A stretch of DNA of 64,000 nucleotides from the NCBI GenBank assembly GCA_017991415.1, contig JAGOQR010000002.1, positions 17,026 through 81,025 on the forward strand, in the 5' to 3' direction. This DNA is from Candidatus Magasanikiibacteriota bacterium. Lineage in GTDB: Bacteria; Patescibacteriota; Patescibacteriia; Magasanikbacterales; GWA2-37-8. A program made the position numbers and the translations under genes. A model generated the notes under the pieces. It saw nothing but the letters and a program-made list of their open reading frames with translations. It did no database searches and was not told where the DNA came from. Each line of letters starts with the position of its first letter. Within the stretch, counting starts at the first letter, position 1. Of this stretch, positions 18,810 to 26,106 are shown piece after piece.

Positions 18810-19532
18810 CTATTTTATCAACTCATTTCCTTCTTTTGCAAGCAATCTGTTAGCAACCAAAGAATCTTCAATTATCAGACCATCCTTGATACGTAAAATA
18901 CGTTTTGCATGCTCTGCAGTATATTTTTCATGGGTTACCAAAATAATGGTACGGCCCGATTCGTTGAGACCTTGTAAAATCCGCATCACCTGAAGACCTG
19001 ATTTTGAATCTAAATTACCTGTTGGTTCATCAGCAAAAATAACGGACGGATTATTTACCAAAGACCTGGCAATAGCTACTCGCTGCTTCTCACCACCAGA
19101 TAATTGATTAGAAAAATAATCTAACCGATGTTCAAGACCCACAGAAACAAGCGCCTCTTTTGCTTTTTTTTCTCTCTCTGCCTGATCCATTTTAACATAG
19201 GTAAGAGGCAACATAACATTTTCCATTACAGTAGTGCGTGGCAACAAATTAAAGGCCTGAAATACAAACCCCACTTGATTACTTCGCATTTGAGCAAGTT
19301 GATCATCCGTCAAATCACTCACATTTTTACCATCAAAAATATATTCACCAGTTGTCAGTTTATCCAAAAAACCAAGAATATGCATGAGGGTAGACTTGCC
19401 AGATCCACTAGGACCCATTATAGCTACAAACTCCCCTTTTTCGATATTAAAATTCAAGCCATGCAATACACCGGTTTTTACACCCTCATTTTCGTAATTC
19501 TTTATTAAATTTTTTATCTCTATAAGTGCCAT
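18810..19532 (-). CDS. ABC transporter ATP-binding protein (MacB/LolD-type)
   Basis: Walker A GPSGSGKST, signature LSGGEKQRVAIARSL, Walker B IIFADEPTGNLD. Confidence 0.85.
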   Translation of the reverse strand: MALIEIKNLIKNYENEGVKTGVLHGLNFNIEKGEFVAIMGPSGSGKSTLMHILGFLDKLTTGEYIFDGKNVSDLTDDQLAQMRSNQVGFVFQAFNLLPRTTVMENVMLPLTYVKMDQAEREKKAKEALVSVGLEHRLDYFSNQLSGGEKQRVAIARSLVNNPSVIFADEPTGNLDSKSGLQVMRILQGLNESGRTIILVTHEKYTAEHAKRILRIKDGLIIEDSLVANRLLAKEGNELIK

Positions 19533-19534
19533 AA

Positions 19535-21094
19535 TTATTTTACACTTAAGATGACATCATCTCCTTCACTCAAACCTTCTAAAATCTCTACTCGGCCACT
19601 ATCAGCCCGAATACCTAATTTAACATCTACATCAACTGATGTGCCATTTTCTAGAACCTTAACATACTTTCCCTTATCTCCTGTTCGTACAGCTCTTAAT
19701 GGGATAAAGAGAGCACCCACACGAGAATCTGTGCTAATTTTAACATTAGCCGTCATGCCAGGCTTAATATCTTTTTCTGAATCATTAATGGTAATAGTTA
19801 CCTTGTAATAAACCACGTCGGAAATATCTGTTGAACCTGGCTCCATATTTATAACTTTACCACTAAACTGCACATCATCTCCAAACGCATCAAGCGTAAT
19901 AGCTACGGTATCACCAATTTTTAATTTAGAAATATCAGTTTCTGGAATATCAACTTTTACTTCGTAGTGAGGAACAAAAATTCGTACCATCTCTTCACTA
20001 GAAGCAGTAAACTCTCCTACTTTTTTATTAATAGAAGTAACAACTCCATCTATTGGAGCCCGAATAATAGCCTTATTACGATTTGCCACGGCTTGCGACA
20101 GGGCAGCTCTATAGGCAGCAATATCTACCTCACGTACTGGATTTATTTTATTTTTATAATTTGCCAACGCTTGATTATAGAGAGCTTCTTTTATTTTTAA
20201 GGATACTTTACCATCAGCAATCGCTTGTTTAGCATTGGTTAGACTCGTAAGCTGAACATTCATACTAGTTCTTGCAGTATCAATAGTAGTTTTTTTAGTT
20301 GATAGAGAAGTTTGAGAAAGGCTTGCCCCTGTAACTGACGCATTAAGCACATCACCAGTCGCAACAAGCAATTTATTCATCTGCACATACGTTTCAATAG
20401 AGGATACGAGCGCAGCATCAATTTCGGCAGCTGGGGAAGCACTGGTAAGAGGCCCTACCTTAATTCTATTTTGCGCAACCAAACTCTTAACAAGCTGATA
20501 CTGAGAATTAGCTAAATTCAATTTATCTAAATCAGAAACAGATAACAACGATTGAAATTCATCATTAGCACTTGTATTATCTATACCTAAAATATTATCC
20601 ACTTGCACAAGACCATCATCTAATTTTATAAGAGATGATTGCAATACAACTACAGAATCTTCGTAGGCATTAACAACTACCTGACTATTCTGCAAATCTG
20701 CTTCTGCTTGGTCGAGCACCGCCTTATAATAATCTTTTTCGGACTGGGTACCTCCAGCCAATTTTTGATTCAAGTTTGCCTGAGCTTGAGCTACGGCCGC
20801 ATTTAATTCGGCGAGTTTTAGACTAGCCAATACCTGGCCTGCCTTTACTTTGGCTCCAGCAATCACACTTACCTTTTCTATCACTCCTGGGACTTCAAAA
20901 CGCAGAGACAAATCACTTTGCGATTCTACTTTACCAGTTGCTTCAACGGTTTGCTGCAAATCACCTTTTTCTACTTTCACCGTTTCGTACTCTGGTGGTT
21001 TGTTAGCTTTTTTAACCTGACCATATACAACTACCCCTACCAAAGCGAGGGCCGCTATAATAACGTAGAACTTTTTTAACTTAAAAATTCCCAT
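19535..21094 (-). CDS. HlyD/MacA-family periplasmic adaptor (membrane fusion protein)
   Basis: N-terminal TM anchor, biotinyl-lipoyl-like halves flanking a long coiled-coil, C-terminal beta-barrel domain. First gene of the ABC efflux operon. Confidence 0.65.
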   Translation of the reverse strand: MGIFKLKKFYVIIAALALVGVVVYGQVKKANKPPEYETVKVEKGDLQQTVEATGKVESQSDLSLRFEVPGVIEKVSVIAGAKVKAGQVLASLKLAELNAAVAQAQANLNQKLAGGTQSEKDYYKAVLDQAEADLQNSQVVVNAYEDSVVVLQSSLIKLDDGLVQVDNILGIDNTSANDEFQSLLSVSDLDKLNLANSQYQLVKSLVAQNRIKVGPLTSASPAAEIDAALVSSIETYVQMNKLLVATGDVLNASVTGASLSQTSLSTKKTTIDTARTSMNVQLTSLTNAKQAIADGKVSLKIKEALYNQALANYKNKINPVREVDIAAYRAALSQAVANRNKAIIRAPIDGVVTSINKKVGEFTASSEEMVRIFVPHYEVKVDIPETDISKLKIGDTVAITLDAFGDDVQFSGKVINMEPGSTDISDVVYYKVTITINDSEKDIKPGMTANVKISTDSRVGALFIPLRAVRTGDKGKYVKVLENGTSVDVDVKLGIRADSGRVEILEGLSEGDDVILSVK

Positions 21095-21098
21095 ATGA

Positions 21099-21317
21099 TT
21101 ATTTTAAATGTTTATTTAATATAGTAAGCAAGCTTTGCATCATTTTTTGAGGTACCAAAATCAGTTTACCGAAATGTTCTACTACCAAAAACTGATCTCC
21201 GTTTTTTAATTTTAATTTGCCACGAGCTTCTTTCGGAATAACAATCTGACCACGCTCTCCCAAAACAGTAGTGCCGTACACCTTAATACCATCTTTATCA
21301 AGAAAATCCTTTGCCAT
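21099..21317 (-). CDS. AbrB/MazE/SpoVT-family DNA-binding protein
   Basis: ERGQIVIPKEARGKLKLKNGDQFLV swapped-hairpin barrel motif. 4 bp upstream of the efflux operon. Confidence 0.5.
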   Translation of the reverse strand: MAKDFLDKDGIKVYGTTVLGERGQIVIPKEARGKLKLKNGDQFLVVEHFGKLILVPQKMMQSLLTILNKHLK

Positions 21318-21376
21318 AAATCAAACAATTTAAGTATGATTAATCATACTTATCATACTCGGTTTTACCCCACGCG

Positions 21377-22849
21377 TCAATGGCGTGTAATAGCCCGTTC
21401 CCAATCCTGTGTTTGGCTTAGATACACATCTTTAATCTTAAAAAAATATTCCTTGGCAGCATCGTGATCGTTTGGAATAATTCCATCAAGAATTGCCTCC
21501 TCAATAGCTTCTTTTATCCTTCCTACAGTTGGGCCAGGTTTTAACCCAGCTAATTCCATTATTTCTTCCCCTCGTAACGGCGACTGAAACGCTCTAAGCT
21601 TGTCTTTTTCCAGAACCTCAGCAATCTTTTTTTCTAAAAAATCATAGTTTTTTAGTCGTTTTTCTTTTTTGTATGGATTACCACTCGTAATATCGCTCCG
21701 ACCAAGAATCAACAAATCTTCTAATTCTTCACCTAAATTTACTACCAACCGACGTACCGCCGAATCAGTAATACCATCATCCATCAGGCCTATTGGCTGC
21801 ATATGCCAACGCACTAATTTTGCTAAATAATCGGTGTCATTTTTAGAAAAACGTAGTCGTTTACTTATTCCATAGACCATTTTCTTACCAACATGTTCAT
21901 GTTGATGAAATGTCCAGCCAATTTTTGGCATTAATTTTTTAGTAGCTGGTTTACCAATATCATGGAATAACCCTGCCAAACGAAGCAGCGTTTTGTTCGA
22001 TCGTTCGGCAACATTATCCACTACTTTAAATGTGTGAACCAAATTATCTTTATGTTGATGACCATATACATCCTCTACTCCTTCTAGTTTAGAAATTTCT
22101 GGTAAAACCAAATCTAGTAAATGTGTTTGCCACATTAAGGTAAGACCGGTAGACGGCTTTGGACATGCCATTAATTTAAAAAGTTCTTCGCATACCCGCT
22201 CTGCGGAAATAATCTTCAGTCGTTCTCGATTACTATGAATAGACTCTAATGTTTTTGCTTCAATAAAAAAATCGAGCTGACTGGCAAACCGCACAGCTCG
22301 CATCATACGCAACGGATCGTCAATAAAAGTTTTGTCTGGATCAAGGGGTGTGCGCAGTGTTTTATTCTCCAAATCTTTTTGCCCATCAAAAGGGTCGATA
22401 ATTTCTTTTTTGAGTTTATCTACGCTTGGCCAAGAACGACTGCAAAAAACTGATACGGGGGCAGCCATGGCATTCACTGTAAAATCTCTCCTCGCTAAAT
22501 CTTCTGCGAGCGTGGTCTGTTCTACTTTTGGCTTACGTGAATTTGAATCATATTTTTCGGTGCGTGCTCCTGCAAACTCTAACACCATTTGTTCGGACTC
22601 GCCCTCAGCTTGAAAAATATAACGAGCAGTATCAAAATCAGGAAACTCAACCAAACTACCAATCTGCTTAAGCGCGTCATCAAATTTTTTAGCAAATTCC
22701 AAACCACTTCCTACTACCACAAAATCGACATCTTTTTTTTGCTCCCTGCCTAACAAAAAATCACGCACAAAACCACCCACTACAAAAACTGGTAATGCGT
22801 GCTCCTTTGAAACCAAATCAACCTGCTTAAATATTTTCTGCACATTCAT
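21377..22849 (-). CDS. cca: CCA-adding tRNA nucleotidyltransferase with HD domain
   Basis: Pol-beta nucleotidyltransferase motif GGFVRDFLLG...DVDF, RRDFTVNAMA, and HD domain (HDIGKP). Confidence 0.75.
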   Translation of the reverse strand: MNVQKIFKQVDLVSKEHALPVFVVGGFVRDFLLGREQKKDVDFVVVGSGLEFAKKFDDALKQIGSLVEFPDFDTARYIFQAEGESEQMVLEFAGARTEKYDSNSRKPKVEQTTLAEDLARRDFTVNAMAAPVSVFCSRSWPSVDKLKKEIIDPFDGQKDLENKTLRTPLDPDKTFIDDPLRMMRAVRFASQLDFFIEAKTLESIHSNRERLKIISAERVCEELFKLMACPKPSTGLTLMWQTHLLDLVLPEISKLEGVEDVYGHQHKDNLVHTFKVVDNVAERSNKTLLRLAGLFHDIGKPATKKLMPKIGWTFHQHEHVGKKMVYGISKRLRFSKNDTDYLAKLVRWHMQPIGLMDDGITDSAVRRLVVNLGEELEDLLILGRSDITSGNPYKKEKRLKNYDFLEKKIAEVLEKDKLRAFQSPLRGEEIMELAGLKPGPTVGRIKEAIEEAILDGIIPNDHDAAKEYFFKIKDVYLSQTQDWERAITRH

Positions 22850-22881
22850 AACTCTTTTAGCAAACTAACACTCATCTAAAA

Positions 22882-23916
22882 TTATACTTTTTTATTGTTT
22901 CCTACTCGCCTATCAGCCACCTCTTGTTCGACCCAACCTTCTTTAACTAGTTTTTTAACAGAATTTTCCATGGTTTCCATACCGTCTTTAATACCTGTCT
23001 GAATAGAAGACTTAATTTGACCAACTTCATTATTACGAATTAAATTAGCCACTGCAGGAGTGTTAATTAGAATCTCTCGTGCTGGCACTCGACCACCATC
23101 TTTGGCTGGTAACAACTGTTGCGCTACTACCCCTCGTAGAACTGCAGATAGCTGGATAAGCACTTGTTTTTGTTTTGCACCTTCAAACACATCAACGATA
23201 CGCTCTACCGCTTCGGCAGCTGTAGGGGTATGTAAGGTAGAAAATACCAAGTGACCAGTTTCAGCAGCAGTAAGCACAGTAGCAATAGTTTCTGGATCAC
23301 GCATCTCACCCACAAAAATAACGTTAGGATCTTGACGCAACACATATTTAAGCGCATTAGCAAAAGAATTTGTATCTTTGCCAACTTCGCGTTGTTCAAT
23401 GAGACTTTTTTTATCTTGAAAAGCAAATTCTATAGGATCTTCAATGGTAATAACATGAGTTTTGCGTGTCTTATTTATCTCCTCAATCATAGAGGCAATG
23501 GTAGTAGTTTTTCCAGAACCAGTCGGGCCTGTAATCAAAACTAGACCATCAAGCAGTTTGGTCATTTCCATAAGTACAGGTTCGAAACGTAAATCTTCTG
23601 GACTTGGAATACTCGCTGGAATAACACGAGCGCTTAACCCTGCATTATCACTTTGCTGATGTAAATTAACTCTAAAACGAATATCGCCTACTCCGTAACT
23701 AATATCTAGTTCTTTCTCTGTCGCATATTTTACCTGCTGTTCTTTGGTTAGCAATTCATTAATCTCAGCAAGGAGCTCTTTATTACTGAGCGGCTTATCA
23801 TCCAAATCTTTGAGCTCTCCTTCTACGCGAATCATCGGCAATTCACCGCCAATTAAATGCAAATCTGAAGCATCCTGTTTAATAGCTTCTTTAAAATAAG
23901 AGTCTAGCTTGAGCAT
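22882..23916 (-). CDS. pilT: type IV pilus retraction ATPase PilT
   Basis: Walker A GPTGSGKTTT, Asp box, His box. About 344 aa, typical of PilT. Confidence 0.8.
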   Translation of the reverse strand: MLKLDSYFKEAIKQDASDLHLIGGELPMIRVEGELKDLDDKPLSNKELLAEINELLTKEQQVKYATEKELDISYGVGDIRFRVNLHQQSDNAGLSARVIPASIPSPEDLRFEPVLMEMTKLLDGLVLITGPTGSGKTTTIASMIEEINKTRKTHVITIEDPIEFAFQDKKSLIEQREVGKDTNSFANALKYVLRQDPNVIFVGEMRDPETIATVLTAAETGHLVFSTLHTPTAAEAVERIVDVFEGAKQKQVLIQLSAVLRGVVAQQLLPAKDGGRVPAREILINTPAVANLIRNNEVGQIKSSIQTGIKDGMETMENSVKKLVKEGWVEQEVADRRVGNNKKV

Positions 23917-24016
23917 ACAAATAACTTAGTAAAAATTAATTTTATTGCTTTAATAATAACACAGGACTCTCCCTCTGAGAAGAGAGCCCCTTACAGACTA
24001 ACACTGAGGCAGTGCA

Positions 24017-24604
24017 TTAATTAAATATAACTTCCACTTCCCTATCTCCCGCTACCAATCGCACTAATCGTTCAATTTCTTTTTTTGTATTATCTTTAGC
24101 TTCACTTTGTACTGCATCGCTGTGCGCCGCTTCCAAAGCCGCTTCTTTGAGCTTGGCATACGCCGCATTGTATCCATCATCATTATTAAAAACCTTTTTT
24201 AAAAGTCCTTGTTTATTTTGCAAGGTAACATCTCCTATTAACTCTACACCATGATCTTCAAGAGCAGACACAGTTACCGAAACTTTGCGCACATCTACCT
24301 GAATATCTTCTGGCGAAAGCTTATTTAAATCTACCCCTAAACTGGCTTTCATAGTACCTATAGCTACAATATCTTGCCCCCAGAAAAAATCCTTAAACGA
24401 ACTTCCTGTAGAACGATCGATCTTTATCTGCTGTGTAATTATATATGTCTCAGTTACCAAAAACCCTTCATGCTTAAGCGCTTGCACAATAGATTGAGAA
24501 CTTATCTGCTCACCTGGTTTATTTGGTTTTCCTAGACGGTAACCCAACAAAACACCTCCCAGTAAAACAAACAGAACCCCAATAATAATTAATTTATTTT
24601 TCAT
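24017..24604 (-). CDS. membrane-anchored protein, DUF4230-like
   Basis: Start taken at the ATG at 24604 (MKNKLIIIGVLFVLLGG...). The track ORF extends to 24922 only by reading through the GC-rich insert. Confidence 0.45.
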   Translation of the reverse strand: MKNKLIIIGVLFVLLGGVLLGYRLGKPNKPGEQISSQSIVQALKHEGFLVTETYIITQQIKIDRSTGSSFKDFFWGQDIVAIGTMKASLGVDLNKLSPEDIQVDVRKVSVTVSALEDHGVELIGDVTLQNKQGLLKKVFNNDDGYNAAYAKLKEAALEAAHSDAVQSEAKDNTKKEIERLVRLVAGDREVEVIFN

Positions 24605-24664
24605 ACTAACTAATATTAAAATACCTCTATTATACTTATCTAAACGTACCACAAAGACTGTCCT

Positions 24665-24690
24665 TTGCCAAGCAAATTTTATGGTAAAAA
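24665..24690 (+). promoter_or_regulatory. third copy of the ATTTTATGG(T)TAAAAT promoter-like motif (TTGCCA-N15-TAAAAA), immediately left of hairpin H2
   Basis: aaattttatggtaaaaat matches the 8835-8850 motif with one deleted base. The -35 and spacing are poor. Confidence 0.2.
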
Positions 24691-24696
24691 TTAAAC

Positions 24697-24758
24697 AAAA
24701 AGACCGCCTGCTCATTATTTTCCACACTATGAAAAATAATGAGCATAGAGGCGGTCTT
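24697..24758 (-). terminator. hairpin H2 (cassette-associated): aaaagaccgcctgctcattatttt / aaaataatgagc-ATAG-aggcggtctt, loop ccacactatg; acts as a rho-independent terminator for the minus-strand GC-rich gene
   Basis: About 22-bp stem with a 4-nt bulge. A run of T follows on the minus strand. Homologous to H3. Confidence 0.55.
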
Positions 24759-24827
24759 CTGGTTGAATCCGCATATGCCCCCTGTGCCAGGAAGGAAGCA
24801 AGGCGAATGAGTATAGGAGGGCGATGG

Positions 24828-25220
24828 TCAGTTCGCCCAGGAGAACGACTCGAACGGAAGCGCCGAAGCCATGACTCGCACCTGCGGAGCCTCACCGGTG
24901 CTCCGCGGCTCGATCCAGTCACGGCTGCGACGCACCTTCTTGCGCGTCGGCCCCACCACTGCAGCCATCGGAATCTTCTTGAAGATCTCGATCACGCCGG
25001 TGGGCTTCTCCCCCTTGCAGATCTTGTTGATCCGCATCCAGAGCGGCTCGGTCAGCAGCTCCGACTTGTCGAACGCGCAGACCGTGCCAGAACCACCTGC
25101 ATCATGCCTCACGTGCGGACGAGGCCGCTCGCTCGTGGCGAGCGGTCCCTTGACGTAGCGGCAGACCGTCCCATCGGGACGCTTCTGAACCAACACGAAC
25201 ACAAACAGTTGCTTGCTCAT
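24828..25220 (-). CDS. small protein (130 aa) of foreign high-GC origin, function unknown
   Basis: ATG at 25220 with GAGAGG 7 nt upstream (MSKQLFVFVLVQKRPDGTV...). Third codon positions are almost all G/C. The opposite-strand ORF is Arg-rich antisense noise. Confidence 0.5.
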   Translation of the reverse strand: MSKQLFVFVLVQKRPDGTVCRYVKGPLATSERPRPHVRHDAGGSGTVCAFDKSELLTEPLWMRINKICKGEKPTGVIEIFKKIPMAAVVGPTRKKVRRSRDWIEPRSTGEAPQVRVMASALPFESFSWAN

Positions 25221-25452
25221 CGGAACGCACCTCTCATGATTGCCGAGAAAAGAAACCTCACATTTTGGCTGCGAAAAGCTCAGGTAGAGCATCTTGGAAA
25301 CAGTCACCCCCCGTGACTGCTCCTACTTTTCACATGAAAATGCCAAACTGCAAACTGTATACTTAATGTAAAAATATACACTATGCAAGTTAGCATTATT
25401 CAAGTAAAGATAGGCCAAACGTAAATAACAAAAAAATTAAAAGAACTACAAG

Positions 25453-25481
25453 ATTATAGCCATAAAATACTCAAATGTCAA
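25453..25481 (-). promoter_or_regulatory. perfect consensus sigma-70 promoter TTGACA-N17-TATAAT on the minus strand, carrying ATTTTATGGCTATAAT
   Basis: tgtcaa at 25476-25481 and attata at 25453-25458 (plus coordinates), spacer exactly 17. Directed at the GC-rich gene starting at 25220. Confidence 0.5.
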
Positions 25482-25492
25482 TATAAATTAAA

Positions 25493-25554
25493 AAAAGACC
25501 GCCTGTTTATTATTTTCACACATTGCATAAAAACAATAAACATAAGGCGGCCTT
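25493..25554 (-). terminator. hairpin H3 (cassette-associated): aaaaagaccgcctgtttattatttt / aaaacaataaac-ATA-aggcggcctt, loop cacacattgcat; terminator of the second GC-rich gene
   Basis: Homologous to H2, with compensatory stem changes (gctc/gagc versus gttt/aaac) and the same bulge position. A T-run follows on the minus strand. Confidence 0.55.
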
Positions 25555-25589
25555 CTTCGTGCGCCGCGGACACCCTGCTCCCCGAGGAG

Positions 25590-25841
25590 CTAGAGTGCCG
25601 AAGGACGGAGATCGCTGAAGTCGCAGATCAGCGTCTGCGCACCAGGGAACAGAGGAACATGACCACGGTGTGGTGAGACGTTGGCATCTCGCATCAGTTT
25701 GATGAAGGCCGAGAGGTTCGCATGTCGATCTGGAGTGGCGACAGGCACCTTTTCGAACGGAAAGAAGGCTTGGAACACCTCCACATCGCCATCCTGACGA
25801 CCAACCTTCACGATACAGTGAACTCGCAGAGTCTTCTTCAT
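25590..25841 (-). CDS. small protein (83 aa) in GC-rich island 3, function unknown
   Basis: ATG at 25841 (MKKTLRVHCIVKVGRQDGDVEV...); an alternative GTG start lies at 25883. GC-rich codon third positions. Weak N-terminal resemblance to the 24828..25220 product. Confidence 0.35.
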   Translation of the reverse strand: MKKTLRVHCIVKVGRQDGDVEVFQAFFPFEKVPVATPDRHANLSAFIKLMRDANVSPHRGHVPLFPGAQTLICDFSDLRPSAL

Positions 25842-26042
25842 AGGAGGCCTTGGAAACCCTTGAGAGAACGTTGCACAACGCACAGAAGTCCTGAATGGAA
25901 ACCATACAATGGCTACGAAAAGTCGCTTATGCGACCTCTCACTTCTGTCTTATAGGCATTGCTAATTTGCATACTCCTCACCTCGTACAGAGATGGTAAA
26001 TATGCAAATTAACAAACGCGATTATTTGAAAGAACTTGCAGC

Positions 26043-26071
26043 AGTATACACACAAAAAACACGTCTGTCAA
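26043..26071 (-). promoter_or_regulatory. sigma-70-like promoter TTGACA-N17-TATACT on the minus strand, upstream of the island-3 gene
   Basis: tgtcaa at 26066-26071 and agtata at 26043-26048 (plus coordinates), spacer 17. Confidence 0.4.
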
Positions 26072-26106
26072 CAGAAGCATACAGACACTTGAATACCTAC
26101 GATTGT

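Noticed and set aside
24691-24768. Calling H2 a bona fide integron attC site
   Set aside because: R''-like ATTAAAC and R'-like GTTGAAT flank H2, and the ATA bulge is attC-like. However, H3 lacks the cores and no intI gene is in the window, so this is kept as a hypothesis only.
24681-25316. Plus-strand 211-aa ORF and the N-terminal extension of the 24017..24922 ORF running through the GC-rich insert
   Set aside because: These are Arg/Pro/His-rich translations typical of the antisense or wrong frame of high-GC DNA. The minus-strand gene 24828..25220 has the GC3 signature and an SD site. The DUF4230-like gene has a proper ATG at 24604 with a hydrophobic N-terminus.
25722-25955. Plus-strand 77-aa ORF in island 3 as the real gene
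   Set aside because: It has less GC3 bias than the minus-strand frame. The minus-strand frame has a promoter (26071-26043) and a terminator (H3) in the right orientation.
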